Positions 8,368 to 18,443 of a DNA stretch of 29,202 nt are shown piece by piece. The notes under the pieces are model-generated. The model was not told the origin of the DNA, ran no database searches, and worked only from the letters and a program-made list of their open reading frames with translations. The translations under genes and the position numbers were made by a program. Source of the stretch: a virus. Lineage: Duplodnaviria > Caudoviricetes. How positions within the stretch are numbered: the stretch's first letter is position 1; every line of letters begins with the position of its first letter. The stretch covers positions 1-29,202 of IMG/VR virus record IMGVR_UViG_3300037706_000026; one strand, 5' to 3'.

Positions 8368-9449
8368 GCCTTATCCCTTCGTCGGTTCTCCACTGCCATC
8401 GTCCACGCCTGCGCCCAATCGGCCGCGCGGTCCTGCAACACCCAGTCATACGCATAGAGCGCATCTAGCTGAGCATGGACCTGAGCCCTCATCTTGTACG
8501 GGTCAGCCAGCTCCGTCAGGTGCTCCAGCCACTCCCCCGGGGTCGCCGCCAGCCGGATCGGCACCTCACGTGCGAACTCGATGTTCGCCGGAGACGGCGA
8601 CGCGATCACCGCGCTACCCGTCGCGGCATACTCCAGCGCCTTCAACGACGACTTCGCCTGGTTGAACTCCGCCGAGGAACCCTCCAGGTCCAGCGGCACC
8701 AACCCGATGTCGAACATCGCGAGATGCCGGTAGTAGTCCATCCCGAGACGCGTCATCCGGTACGTCTTCACCGGCACACCCCACACCTTCCCGGTGCGGT
8801 ACCCGTCGCCCAGGACACCCGCCTGCACCAGACCCCGCGACACGGCGATCTTCAGTGCGTCCCCGATGACGTCAGGGTCGTGCGGATGGGTGGCAAGGAG
8901 CCCCGCCCAGGCCGCGACTGGGGGTTGGGCGCTTTGGCGTGGCCTGCGGGCCTCCAGCGCCATCCTGGGGATTCGGTTCGGGAGGACCGCAGCCGGAGTG
9001 TGGCGGCTGTACCGGTCGGCGAGCGCACTGGTTGTCACGGTCACCAGATCAGCGGCCGCCGCTGCCCTGTCGGTGTGCTCCCAATGCGTCGCACCCCGCT
9101 GCCCGTTCCACGACGCGTACGCCGTGTTGTCCGGGTCCAGACACCACACCGCATCGTCCACGTCCATCGCGACCGCCACACCCTGCTGACGCAGGGCCGT
9201 ACACAGGTCAGCGACCCCCGGTGTACCCACACGTTGGGTCACCAGGAGGTCCAGGCCATCGGTATCCATGCCGTGCGCCTTCACCGACCTGCCACGCTCC
9301 AGCCGCACGCGACGCGGATCGTAGATCGTGATGTCCCAGTCGGGATGCAACGCGGCGACCGTCTCGGCAGGCCAGATCAGGCGGTAATGTCCGCAAGCTC
9401 CCGTGTCTGCGGGAAGGATCGCGACCTTCAGTTTCTTGTCCCCGTTCAT
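8364..9449 (-). CDS. glycosyltransferase (GT-B, GT4-like)
   Basis: ACGHYRLIWP, MDVDD, ADLVTVTTSALAD, VLPN, FDIGLVPL...FNQAKSSLKALEYAATG. Confidence 0.85.
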   Translation of the reverse strand: MNGDKKLKVAILPADTGACGHYRLIWPAETVAALHPDWDITIYDPRRVRLERGRSVKAHGMDTDGLDLLVTQRVGTPGVADLCTALRQQGVAVAMDVDDAVWCLDPDNTAYASWNGQRGATHWEHTDRAAAAADLVTVTTSALADRYSRHTPAAVLPNRIPRMALEARRPRQSAQPPVAAWAGLLATHPHDPDVIGDALKIAVSRGLVQAGVLGDGYRTGKVWGVPVKTYRMTRLGMDYYRHLAMFDIGLVPLDLEGSSAEFNQAKSSLKALEYAATGSAVIASPSPANIEFAREVPIRLAATPGEWLEHLTELADPYKMRAQVHAQLDALYAYDWVLQDRAADWAQAWTMAVENRRRDKA

Positions 9450-9458
9450 GGCTTCATG

Positions 9459-10094
9459 CTACGGGCTCGGGTCGCTGCTGGGTTCAGGCTCGATCGGGTC
9501 CGGTGCACACGACACCGTCTCGCTCGTCCCGTCGTCGTAGTGGAAGACGAACTCTCCTGACCCGCTGGTGCATTCGATGGACTGCACCCCCCGGCCCTTG
9601 TCGCCCTTGTCTCCCTCGTCGCCCTTAGGCCCCGCAATGGTCGAGTCGGCACCCGGGGACCCAGCGGCACCAGAAGGCCCAGCTACCGTCGAATCCGCGC
9701 CATCCTCACCGTCCCTGCCGTTACGCCCTGGCTTCCCGGACGGCCCAGGCTTCCCAGGCTCACCCGGCTTCCCTGACGGCCCAGGAGACCCAGGAACCCC
9801 AGGCTCCCCCTGCGCACCCGGAACCGGGGCCTGATCAACCGTCTTCTCCGTGTCATCCGCCTGCTCGCAGATCGCGCCCTTCAGTGCCCCCCGCGAGCAT
9901 TCATCCAGCACCTGTGCCGCCAACGTGGCAGCCGAATTCTGGGTCGAGACCAACACCGCCCACCCCGACACCCCAAACACGACAGACGACACCAGCACCA
10001 TGCCCACACCGATCCACTGCCACCGCCGCGACCGTGGGTCCCGGCCCGCATCAGCAGCCGTCTGAATCAGCCTCTGCTCATCTTCTTCGCTCAC
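9459..10094 (-). CDS. membrane-anchored collagen-like protein
   Basis: N-terminal transmembrane segment followed by about 20 Gly-X-Y triplets in interrupted runs; paired Cys flanking. Confidence 0.8.
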   Translation of the reverse strand: MSEEDEQRLIQTAADAGRDPRSRRWQWIGVGMVLVSSVVFGVSGWAVLVSTQNSAATLAAQVLDECSRGALKGAICEQADDTEKTVDQAPVPGAQGEPGVPGSPGPSGKPGEPGKPGPSGKPGRNGRDGEDGADSTVAGPSGAAGSPGADSTIAGPKGDEGDKGDKGRGVQSIECTSGSGEFVFHYDDGTSETVSCAPDPIEPEPSSDPSP

Positions 10095-10348
10095 GTCTTC
10101 GCCTCAGCTCGTTCTGCCCGAGACCTCCAATAGGAGGCCTCTCTCTGGCAGTCAAGGAGTTGCTCGTCCCGCAGTGTGATGCGTTCATCTTTCACCGCCA
10201 GTTCCCGAGCCCGCATTTCGTCCATCGCGACCTTGGCCGAATTCTCCCGGCCGTGGCGTGCGTTGAGGATCGTGTTCGTGATAGCGACGGTGCCCCCGAT
10301 GACAGCCACGACGATGCTGCCGACGAGGGTGTAGATAGCAGCATCCAC
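10091..10348 (-). CDS. small membrane protein with coiled coil (possible lysis accessory)
   Basis: N-terminal transmembrane segment and charged heptad C-terminus; GTGA overlap. Confidence 0.7.
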   Translation of the reverse strand: MDAAIYTLVGSIVVAVIGGTVAITNTILNARHGRENSAKVAMDEMRARELAVKDERITLRDEQLLDCQREASYWRSRAERAEAKT

Positions 10349-10360
10349 CTCACGTCCTTT

Positions 10361-10711
10361 CTAGGCCAGCCCGTTGAACGGCTGGAACCTGCGCTGGAAC
10401 TCGGTGTCCGACTCGAACCACGGCGGGTTGCTGTTGTACACCCCGTTGAGGAGCCCCCAGTACCCGTACGTGGACTTGACGCGGACGCGCACCTGTCCGT
10501 CCACCTCGGTGAGGGAGGTGTACTCCAGCCAGAATTCCGACTCCGACCCCTCTACCTGGGTAAAGACGAAGTCGCTGAAGGTTCCGATCCCCTCACCCGC
10601 CTCCGACAGTGCAGCAGCAGTCATCTCGGCAAACCACAGATCGCCATCCTCTGTGGTGTTGATCTGGCGGGCCACGATCGTGGGCACCGGATCCAGGGTG
10701 TAGATCGGCAT
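10361..10711 (-). CDS. hypothetical protein
   Basis: AGGAG SD before ATG 10711 (MPIYTLDPVP...). Confidence 0.65.
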   Translation of the reverse strand: MPIYTLDPVPTIVARQINTTEDGDLWFAEMTAAALSEAGEGIGTFSDFVFTQVEGSESEFWLEYTSLTEVDGQVRVRVKSTYGYWGLLNGVYNSNPPWFESDTEFQRRFQPFNGLA

Positions 10712-10722
10712 GGGTCGTTCTC

Positions 10723-11160
10723 CTAGTTGTTGAGGAAGGTGCAGGCAACCGACATGTTCGGGGTCGCATTCTGTGGCTGACAGATCACTTCGCCTGTCGT
10801 GGAAACCCACAACCGGCCACCGGAGGAGGTGCCTGTCGAACCGGCCAACGCGAACATGACCAACGGGTTGGGCCGGAAACCGACCGCGACATCACCGATG
10901 GTGATCTGCACGTTGGCGGCGAAGTTGGTGGCATCGATCTTCGAGACTCGGCCACGCAGGTACACCGCCCGGCCGATACGCCGATAACGGGGCGTCTCGC
11001 CGGATGCTTGCAGACCGGCACGCAGGGGAATGTCGATCCAGCCGGAGTCGTAATGCGGACCGGCCGGGTCGGTGGTGGATGCGTGTGCGGCGATCTCGGT
11101 AGTGATCGCGTTGTTGATCCCTGTACGTGAAGGGACATCCGATGGCTGTATCAGGGTCAT
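10723..11160 (-). CDS. minor tail / receptor-binding-like protein
   Basis: DSGWIDIPL, PRYRRIGRAVYLRG and VGFRP resemble siphophage tail-fibre head domains; position after the hub gene. Confidence 0.65.
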   Translation of the reverse strand: MTLIQPSDVPSRTGINNAITTEIAAHASTTDPAGPHYDSGWIDIPLRAGLQASGETPRYRRIGRAVYLRGRVSKIDATNFAANVQITIGDVAVGFRPNPLVMFALAGSTGTSSGGRLWVSTTGEVICQPQNATPNMSVACTFLNN

Positions 11161-13557
11161 CTACATGCCCTCCTGGATCTGTGCGTTGGTGGTCGCTGTC
11201 GGCGTACGGTCGAAGTCGTCCCACGTGTACGGAGCCCACAGCGCATCGAACTCCGTCCACGAGCCTGGCGGGGACGTGTGATACTCCGGCCCCCACACCT
11301 CATCGAAGTCTTCCCACGTCGGCGGAATCAGGATCAGGTCCAGCTCTTGCCGCACCGACCCAGGTTCACCTGAGAGCTTCACCTTCGAGATGAGCACATT
11401 GGAGCGGACCTGTGTGCGAGAGTGGACGATCTCGCGTACGTCACCAAGGTCGATGCTGTAGTCCGGCACCGTCTTGACCGTCTTCGCGCGCCACGTACGT
11501 CGGTTCACCCGCGCCCAGATGAAGTCAGCCAACGCGTTCGCGTCCGCCTCATTCTGGACGTAGTTCGCGAGATTGATCTCCAGTGGGTTGGTCGCCTCGT
11601 TTGACGGCACCCCTCGCTCGATCACGGCTTCCTGTGTCTGGTCGAGATAGTAAGTCGACCTGATCTTGAGGTATGGGGTTCCTGTGTTGTCGACCATGTG
11701 GAACGGGCTAGCCGTCAGATTCACGACATGCACCTTCCATGTGGACGAGGTGACCCGGTCTATCCGAAGCTGAATGTCGTCGCCCGGGTTGATGTGTGCC
11801 CCCGTGCCGTTGTTGTACCGGTAGGCATCCCACACGTGCCGCACACCGTCGTCGTTGTCCTTCCTGACGAACGGAATCAGTTTCAGGTCGACCGGGTAGA
11901 TGTAGTCCAGCGAGAAGAACAACTCGCTGACCCCAGGCCAGAAAGCGCGCACCTCCGCCAACTCCCACACGATCGGTACCCCTGGCGGTGGCCCGTTGTC
12001 GGCCTCCCTGATGATCACGGGCCGATAGGTCAACGTGAGGCGGTCGGCTTGGTCTGAGTAGTCCATCACCCACGGCAGGTCCTCGAAGTTCACCCCGATG
12101 TCCATCACGGGCTCGTTACCGGTCGCCACACCTGAGAGCGTGAATCGGTTCATCAGGCGCAGATCGCCATACACGTCGGTAATGAGTGCGCCCTGCCACG
12201 CCTCGACAACCGCCTGCATAGCGTTCAACACCGTCAGGCCAGGATCGAGCCACGGTGATCTGATCGTCCCGAACAATGGTTCCAGGTAGAGGCGACCCTG
12301 TTGGTTGAGCGACTCTGCCGCCCAGAGCTGATCGGCGGCCCACTGGTTCAGTGATGCCGCCGAGTCCACCAGCGACACCCGTGCGAGGTGCGCTTCCTGG
12401 CCGCTGGTGTGAAGAGGCCGCAACCAGAAGTTATAAACCGTGTCCGCTGGTGACAGCGCGTTGGTGAACGTATGGACAGCAGACCAGGCAGACCAGGCAG
12501 ACCCAGCGCCACGCCGCGCCCGGAACCGGGCACTGTTCCAGTTTGCCCCACCCGCTGATGGAGTGAACTCAACCTGGACCTGAATCCCCGATGGGCGATC
12601 CTCCGGGACCGGATACGTATAGGTCACAGGACCCGTGTTGGTGTTGAAGACCCCGTTCAAGCCCCGAGACGACATTGTCACCTGAAACTGATCAGGGTTC
12701 GCCAGGGTGCGGTTCGTCACCGACAGCGTCACGGAACCATTGACGGTCTGATCAGCCCGAATCCACTGGAACTCGGCCCGATCCGATACATCAAACGTCA
12801 ACGTGTGCAGCGTCGACAGCGGCTGCGAGATCGCGTACCGGACGAACTGCACCGTCGAACCGTCGTTCGGTGAATACAGCGACACCAAACCATCCAGTTC
12901 GCCCCAAACAGGTGACCCCGATTGCATCCGAAAGTCGATGCCTTTCGGGTAAGCCGGAGAAAGCGACCCCTGGAGCGGAACATCCAACACCGGGACATAG
13001 CCATCCTGATTCGGGGGAGCCGTCACCCCGTAACCCATCTGCATCGCCAACTCGGAGACCAGCCACGAGGGGTCCGCGATCCCATCCTCGAAGGACAGGC
13101 GAGATGTCCACTGGTCACCCAAGACGTTCGCAGTCTTGTCGCGTCCCTGAATCTGGCGTTCATCGAGGTCGACATCCACACCCAGGGTGGTGACGTCCCC
13201 TTCGATCGGTGCGACCCGGAACTGTCCAGTCGGGATCTCGGTGGCCCCCTCCGGGGCCAACAGGATTTGAGACTGAGCCCCGGTCAGATCGTAGACGTCA
13301 CCTTGTCGCCACGGGTAGTCATCCGAGTCGCGTTTCACCAGCGTCTTCGCGGTGCCCACCGACAGACCTGTCTTGTGCCGCACCTGCCCCGGAAGGGCCG
13401 ACGATGCAATCTCCCGGGTCGACTCCCACGAACCGACCTCCCATCGTCTCGGGGCCTGCCCAGTGGGTGCGTCTGTTGCCACGGTCTCCAGGTGAGCAAG
13501 AGGGGTGTCCTCGTGCCATCTGCGTACCGGCCAGTCGGCAGGGATCTCAATAGCCAT
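11161..13557 (-). CDS. large minor tail protein (hub/tip)
   Basis: 798 aa, second gene after the tape measure; C-terminal PDYSIDLGDVREI hub-like motif. Confidence 0.75.
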   Translation of the reverse strand: MAIEIPADWPVRRWHEDTPLAHLETVATDAPTGQAPRRWEVGSWESTREIASSALPGQVRHKTGLSVGTAKTLVKRDSDDYPWRQGDVYDLTGAQSQILLAPEGATEIPTGQFRVAPIEGDVTTLGVDVDLDERQIQGRDKTANVLGDQWTSRLSFEDGIADPSWLVSELAMQMGYGVTAPPNQDGYVPVLDVPLQGSLSPAYPKGIDFRMQSGSPVWGELDGLVSLYSPNDGSTVQFVRYAISQPLSTLHTLTFDVSDRAEFQWIRADQTVNGSVTLSVTNRTLANPDQFQVTMSSRGLNGVFNTNTGPVTYTYPVPEDRPSGIQVQVEFTPSAGGANWNSARFRARRGAGSAWSAWSAVHTFTNALSPADTVYNFWLRPLHTSGQEAHLARVSLVDSAASLNQWAADQLWAAESLNQQGRLYLEPLFGTIRSPWLDPGLTVLNAMQAVVEAWQGALITDVYGDLRLMNRFTLSGVATGNEPVMDIGVNFEDLPWVMDYSDQADRLTLTYRPVIIREADNGPPPGVPIVWELAEVRAFWPGVSELFFSLDYIYPVDLKLIPFVRKDNDDGVRHVWDAYRYNNGTGAHINPGDDIQLRIDRVTSSTWKVHVVNLTASPFHMVDNTGTPYLKIRSTYYLDQTQEAVIERGVPSNEATNPLEINLANYVQNEADANALADFIWARVNRRTWRAKTVKTVPDYSIDLGDVREIVHSRTQVRSNVLISKVKLSGEPGSVRQELDLILIPPTWEDFDEVWGPEYHTSPPGSWTEFDALWAPYTWDDFDRTPTATTNAQIQEGM

Positions 13558-14411
13558 CAGGCCACCACAGTCGCCGGGTAGGTCCCGACCTCGTTGATCG
13601 TGAACACCGCATGCTCACGAGGCAGCTTGCAGGGGTCGCAGTAGCGCCAGATCAGGTTGTTGGTGATCTTGGGGTCCTGTACCGACACCTCACACGGCAT
13701 CCTGCGGCCACGCCGATAGAACTCGGGGGGGCAGTCACCTTCGAAGAACATCAGCCCAGCAAGCGACACCGAAACTGATCCAGGGGTTGCTGCCTGAACA
13801 CGTACCGTCTGATCGGTCGGGGACGTGTATGCCCCCACCAGCAGCTCAGGGTTCGCGGCGGTTCCGGTGCCCGTCCCACTTTCGTTGATGAGTGTCGCAC
13901 CTGCCTCGGTGGCTAGCTGGATCACACCACCGGCCCCGATCGTCCATGCTGCAATCGTGTACGTCACCCCCGCACGAACCGGGACCCGAATATCCACCAG
14001 AGTGACCCCTGTCGACGGGAGCCACGTCCCACCTGCGTTGATGGCGGCCCGCGCCGGGATGACCTGGTTTGGCGTCGGGAACTCCGGCGGAAGCATGTTC
14101 ACCTTTGCCTGATTCGTATCCAGGAACAGGGTCAGACCCGAGGGCGCATCGTTCAGGGCGACGTCGTATGCGGCTGACTCCAACGCCGCCGTAGCAGCAG
14201 CGGTTCCGTACCGGTACGGCAGCTCCCAGGTGCGCGGCCCGCGTGGTGCCCGCTGCTCATACCGGTAGCCGTCCACGGTGACCAGCTCCGAGAACGCCCT
14301 CTCCGGCGTGACGTCGTTGACCGGCATGATCCCGTTCAGATGAATCCAATGCCCATATAGCCGAAGCCAGTACGGCGACTGTGTGTCCAGGATGTCAGGT
14401 GCGTTGCTCAC
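13557..14411 (-). CDS. minor tail protein (distal-tail position)
   Basis: GTGA overlap with the tape measure stop; TGATG overlap with the next gene. Confidence 0.7.
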   Translation of the reverse strand: MSNAPDILDTQSPYWLRLYGHWIHLNGIMPVNDVTPERAFSELVTVDGYRYEQRAPRGPRTWELPYRYGTAAATAALESAAYDVALNDAPSGLTLFLDTNQAKVNMLPPEFPTPNQVIPARAAINAGGTWLPSTGVTLVDIRVPVRAGVTYTIAAWTIGAGGVIQLATEAGATLINESGTGTGTAANPELLVGAYTSPTDQTVRVQAATPGSVSVSLAGLMFFEGDCPPEFYRRGRRMPCEVSVQDPKITNNLIWRYCDPCKLPREHAVFTINEVGTYPATVVA

Positions 14412-16531
14412 GCCAGGGCCTCCGCATACTTCTGTCCGTTGAGCCACAGCTCCGCCGTGGCACGCCGGTCCATCCCCGGCGTGACGATGATCTGCAAGCT
14501 AGCCAGCGCGGCGACCAGGGCCGCCACCAGATCACCCGACACGCCCGCTGTCGCGGTAGAGCTAGTCGATGTGGTCCCCGACGACGCCGATCCCGGACGC
14601 AAGGTGGGAACCGCAAACGCATCCGCCATCGGAGCCAGCGAGGCACCCACCCCGGGGGCCACAGACTTAGCTGTCGAGGAGATCGCGCCAGCGAAGTCCC
14701 GGACCAGCGCCTCACCCGAATGCGTCGTGTACCCGGAACCCGAGAACGGGCCACGCTTCGCCGGAGAGAACGGGAAGTAGGACCGCAGCGTCGATAGGCC
14801 GTCCTTCGCTGCCGCGATCGCGTTACCGAACGCTGCCCGAATCCCATCCGCAAGAGAGGAGATCATCGAATACCCCGACGAGTACAGCGACCCTGCGAGC
14901 CCACCCAGGGCACCCAGGATCCGGCCCGGGAGACCACGCACCACCCCGACCACGTTCGATACGCCACGGCTGGTTGCGCCCCGGGCGGAAGACCATGCAC
15001 CCGAGACCGCCGAGATCACCGCCGACATGCCGCGTGAGACCGCGCCGCGTACCGATGAGACACCGCCTGACACGATGCCCCGGATCGCGGACCAAGCTGA
15101 AGAGAAGATCCCGCGTGCCCGCGCCAGGGCACCCGAGATCGCACCCGACACAGCAGCCATCCCTGTCGTCACCACGGACCGTACCCGGCCGATCGCCGAC
15201 GCCACCACGGCACGGATCGCCGCCCAGACGGACCGCGTCACCGACAGGGTGTTGTTCCAAGTCGAGCGGATGGCGCCCACCAGCGCCCGGATACCCGTGA
15301 TCATCCCGGCGATCCCCCGGACCGCAATCGCGATGGCACCCACGAATGCGGTGAACGTACCCGCCATGGTCCCGATGACGATCCGCATCAACGACGCCCC
15401 ACCGGTCGCTTGCGAGAACGCCGCCGTGATCGGAGCCAACGCTGTCCGTAGCTCCGCGAACGCTGGAGCCAGGTTGTTGCGTACGGTGTCGACCACGAAC
15501 CGGAAGACGTTCGCAAGACCTGTGATGCCGTTGATCACCGCAGGCAGGATGTTCAGCAGCCCCACGAACAGGGACGCGAACAGCTCAGGGTCAGCCGAGA
15601 TCGCCTCAGAAAGCCCCGTCAGGGATCCCTCCAGGTTGGAGAAGAACCCCTCCATCTTGGGTCCGATCGCCCCCAGCAGGTCATCGAACGCGGTCGTCAG
15701 GGGCTCCAGGGCGGGTTCCAGCTTGGTGAACGCGTCGAAGAACTGGTCAGAGAATTTCGACAGCACCGGAGCCATCCGAGCAAAGGACTGTTCGAGGGCA
15801 GGCGCGAAGGAGTCGAACGCCTCCGAGATGTCTCCCGAAATACCCACGAGGGTGTTTTCGAGGGGTGCGGCGATCCGCTTCATCTCCTTCACGATGCCGT
15901 CCGCCATCGACCCGAACGCCTTCTGCACCTCCTTCGACTGGGCGGCGGCGAGGATCCCGATACCGGCGATACCGGCACCGAAAGCGAGGACCAGCCCCGT
16001 CGCGGCCACGGCGCCCAGCACAGGCAGGCCAGCGAGCGCGACCCCCACCACCGCGACCAAGATGATGGCATTCTTCGCAACGAGCTGGAACGCACCCGAG
16101 AACGCCTCCTGAATCGCAGAGCCCCCACGTACTGCGTCCCGGACGCTCCTGTCGACGTCGATATCGATAGTGGCGGTACGCCGCCGCTCCACAGCATTCA
16201 GAGCTTTGTCCAGCTCCCGCAGCTCCGCCTGCCCATCGACCTCCACATCGACCCCGGCCCGTCGCAGCTTCGCGACAGCGTCCAGGGCCTCCTCCAGCCG
16301 CTTCGCTTCCGCACGTTCCTTCGCGAAGTCCAGCGACTTGCGCAGCTCATCGACGTTCGTGCCAGCATCAGAGAGAGCAGACGACAAAGACACCGCCGCT
16401 GCCTGGGCAGAGGTCGTGTCGACGTCTACACGGGCACGGCGGTTCTCCGAGACCTCATCGAGCGTCTCGTCCAGCGCCTCCAGGGTCGACATCCCCGATA
16501 CGTCAACATCGACCGGGACGTTGATCGCCAT
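14408..16531 (-). CDS. tape measure protein
   Basis: 707 aa, Ala/Gly-rich, periodic W/F repeats, C-terminal YFPFSPAKRGPFSG motif; follows the chaperone. Confidence 0.9.
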   Translation of the reverse strand: MAINVPVDVDVSGMSTLEALDETLDEVSENRRARVDVDTTSAQAAAVSLSSALSDAGTNVDELRKSLDFAKERAEAKRLEEALDAVAKLRRAGVDVEVDGQAELRELDKALNAVERRRTATIDIDVDRSVRDAVRGGSAIQEAFSGAFQLVAKNAIILVAVVGVALAGLPVLGAVAATGLVLAFGAGIAGIGILAAAQSKEVQKAFGSMADGIVKEMKRIAAPLENTLVGISGDISEAFDSFAPALEQSFARMAPVLSKFSDQFFDAFTKLEPALEPLTTAFDDLLGAIGPKMEGFFSNLEGSLTGLSEAISADPELFASLFVGLLNILPAVINGITGLANVFRFVVDTVRNNLAPAFAELRTALAPITAAFSQATGGASLMRIVIGTMAGTFTAFVGAIAIAVRGIAGMITGIRALVGAIRSTWNNTLSVTRSVWAAIRAVVASAIGRVRSVVTTGMAAVSGAISGALARARGIFSSAWSAIRGIVSGGVSSVRGAVSRGMSAVISAVSGAWSSARGATSRGVSNVVGVVRGLPGRILGALGGLAGSLYSSGYSMISSLADGIRAAFGNAIAAAKDGLSTLRSYFPFSPAKRGPFSGSGYTTHSGEALVRDFAGAISSTAKSVAPGVGASLAPMADAFAVPTLRPGSASSGTTSTSSTATAGVSGDLVAALVAALASLQIIVTPGMDRRATAELWLNGQKYAEALA

Positions 16532-16556
16532 CCGCCGCGCCTCCCTTCTGGTTCTG

Positions 16557-16820
16557 CTACTGGTTGTAGTCGTCCAACATGGTGTCCTGGTCCCAGCTCG
16601 TGCCCTTCAGGCTGCCCGTGTACCCCGGAGGCGGAACCTCGAATCTTCCCACCTGTGCCATCGCATCAGCCGCCGACCGGTTCTCCCGGATCCAGAAGAA
16701 GATCAGGTCACAGAGATCACGGGGTCCGAGGTCGAAGAGTCGGATACCTGAGGAGAGGGCTCGTCCGTTGAAATCTTCGCCCAGGGCGACGGAGATGCAC
16801 CGTTGGACGATGTAGTAGGG
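16557..16820 (-). CDS. -1 frame extension of the tail assembly chaperone (G-T type)
   Basis: Open -1 frame PYYIVQRCIS...DDYNQ fills the space up to the tape measure and has no convincing own start. Confidence 0.65.
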   Translation of the reverse strand, partial: PYYIVQRCISVALGEDFNGRALSSGIRLFDLGPRDLCDLIFFWIRENRSAADAMAQVGRFEVPPPGYTGSLKGTSWDQDTMLDDYNQ

Positions 16821-17155
16821 CGGCCAGCGTGCGCCTCCTGAAGCGACCTGAACGCGGTGAGGAGATGCCCCGGCTGCAACGGGTCGCTGTCGTCCTCGAT
16901 GCGCTCGATGAGCCGGTTCCACGCGGCCGGACCGAAGCCACGCGCCAGCCACTCCATGAAGACGTCGGTGAGGTAGCGCTCCTTCTCCTCGTTGGTCTTC
17001 ATGGCCCGGATCCGCAGCTCTGCGCCGTACACCTTCCCCATCGGCGGGTAGGTGAACGGATAGGGTCCTTCGCCAGCGAGGTTCACGTCCTCGACACGAC
17101 CGGTCTGGTCGTCGGGGGCCTCTGTCGGCGGGTCAGCGTTTATCGAGATAGCCAT
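16703..17155 (-). CDS. tail assembly chaperone
   Basis: Upstream of the tape measure; ends GRPT followed by a low-complexity Ser/Pro/Thr tail; AGGAG SD. Confidence 0.8.
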   Translation of the reverse strand: MAISINADPPTEAPDDQTGRVEDVNLAGEGPYPFTYPPMGKVYGAELRIRAMKTNEEKERYLTDVFMEWLARGFGPAAWNRLIERIEDDSDPLQPGHLLTAFRSLQEAHAGRPTTSSNGASPSPWAKISTDEPSPQVSDSSTSDPVISVT

Positions 17156-17168
17156 CCTGTATCTCTCC

Positions 17169-17549
17169 TTAGTTGATGAGGTTTTCGATGGAACGTTCCA
17201 GTGCAGGCATGTCGAGGTCCGCCTCCGTCACGCGGGAAGCCTCAGCCGACACGAGAGGGCCGAAGCCCTTTCCGTTGACCTTCGCGTACGGGTGACGTGC
17301 CCCAGGCCAATACAGCGCCTTCTTGCGGCGCGGCCGAATTATCTGAGGGCCACCCCGCCCAGCGGTCAGCACGAACGATGTGGGGCCGGTGATCCGTGCG
17401 GACAGGTCACGCAGATACGGCGGATCGACCCGCGCCTGAGCCCTCTTTCGGGCGGCACGGGCTACGTGTGCGGTCACGACCTCCTGAACGGCGGTGGTGA
17501 CTCGTGCCCCGGTACGACGGGGAGCGACGCGGACTCTAGCTCTGGCCAT
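17169..17549 (-). CDS. basic virion morphogenesis protein (neck/tail completion-like)
   Basis: IIRPRRKKALYW...AKVN motif and position in the head-tail module. Confidence 0.6.
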   Translation of the reverse strand: MARARVRVAPRRTGARVTTAVQEVVTAHVARAARKRAQARVDPPYLRDLSARITGPTSFVLTAGRGGPQIIRPRRKKALYWPGARHPYAKVNGKGFGPLVSAEASRVTEADLDMPALERSIENLIN

Positions 17550-17904
17550 CGCTGTCGGACTCCGACAGCGGCTCGTCTTCCGCGTTAGCGTCTACCGACT
17601 CATCGGTGACGGACAGTTGGGCAGGGTCCTGGTTGTCGTGGTCGGTGATGCGCTCGATGAGCTGAGCCTTCGTGCCGTACGTCGGCAGGTCCCGCGCGGT
17701 GGCCTTCGCGATCAGCTCGTCCTTGGAGAGGTCATCGAGCTTCGGCTCCGCGTCATCGGCCGGCGCGTCCAGCGGGGTCAGCACCTCCGGCTCAACGTCG
17801 TCGGAGTACTCGGCGAGGCGACGCGTCACCAGGTACTGTGCCCGCGCCTTCGGCTGCACAACGGTGCGGCCATCGTTCATGGTGATGCTGCGAAGCTCGC
17901 TCAT
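17536..17904 (-). CDS. acidic protein with SAP-like helical domain
   Basis: LDDLSKDELIAKATARDLPTYGTKAQLIERI; start 17904 (alternative 17913). Confidence 0.65.
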   Translation of the reverse strand: MSELRSITMNDGRTVVQPKARAQYLVTRRLAEYSDDVEPEVLTPLDAPADDAEPKLDDLSKDELIAKATARDLPTYGTKAQLIERITDHDNQDPAQLSVTDESVDANAEDEPLSESDSDGQS

Positions 17905-17924
17905 GCCGCCCATGGTACCCAACA

Positions 17925-18443
17925 TCACTCGCAACACGTCGCGATCACCGCCGACACCGTCCACTGACCCCCGACACAGCCACCCTGCTCTGAGATCGCC
18001 GCCCACGACATCGGCACGAACAGGTTCCGCGCCAGCTCCGGGAGCTGGTCACAGCACGTCAACGCGTTGAGGATCTCGTCGGCATCTTTGGCCTGCTGGT
18101 TCGCGGCCGCCACGATGTCGTCCACCGACGCATCCGGCATGGGGCCGCAACGGATGATGCCGATGTTCGCGGTCAGCGACCACTCAGCACATGACCCACC
18201 CGCTCCGTCGCCTTCGCGGGGTACGCGGCGGGTCAGGGACACGATGTTCGCCCAGAGCTGCCCGTCACCATCGGAGCACGTGTCGGACTGGCACGTGTCG
18301 TACGCGACGTTGTCACCGGGGTAGAGAGCGATCCGACAGGGACGGATCGACAGGGGACAGCCTGCCTCCGGGTCGTCGGGATCCGCGAGAGTGTCGAGGA
18401 CCTCCTGAAGCCGCGCCATCACGTACTGGACTGGGGCACCCAT
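17925..18443 (-). CDS. tail terminator-like protein
   Basis: Position; PGDNVAYD, IGIIRC and QGGCVGG motifs; Cys-rich; start ATG 18443 or GTG 18446. Confidence 0.6.
   Translation of the reverse strand: MGAPVQYVMARLQEVLDTLADPDDPEAGCPLSIRPCRIALYPGDNVAYDTCQSDTCSDGDGQLWANIVSLTRRVPREGDGAGGSCAEWSLTANIGIIRCGPMPDASVDDIVAAANQQAKDADEILNALTCCDQLPELARNLFVPMSWAAISEQGGCVGGQWTVSAVIATCCE

Noticed and set aside
8475-9560. 361-aa + strand ORF, and similar ones at 15027-16112 and 27465-28631
   Set aside because: They lie opposite well-supported minus-strand genes and have shadow-type composition.
9590-9830. Short DNA repeats as a VNTR or diversity-generating element
   Set aside because: Explained by Gly-X-Y collagen codons; no reverse transcriptase or template/variable repeat pair seen.
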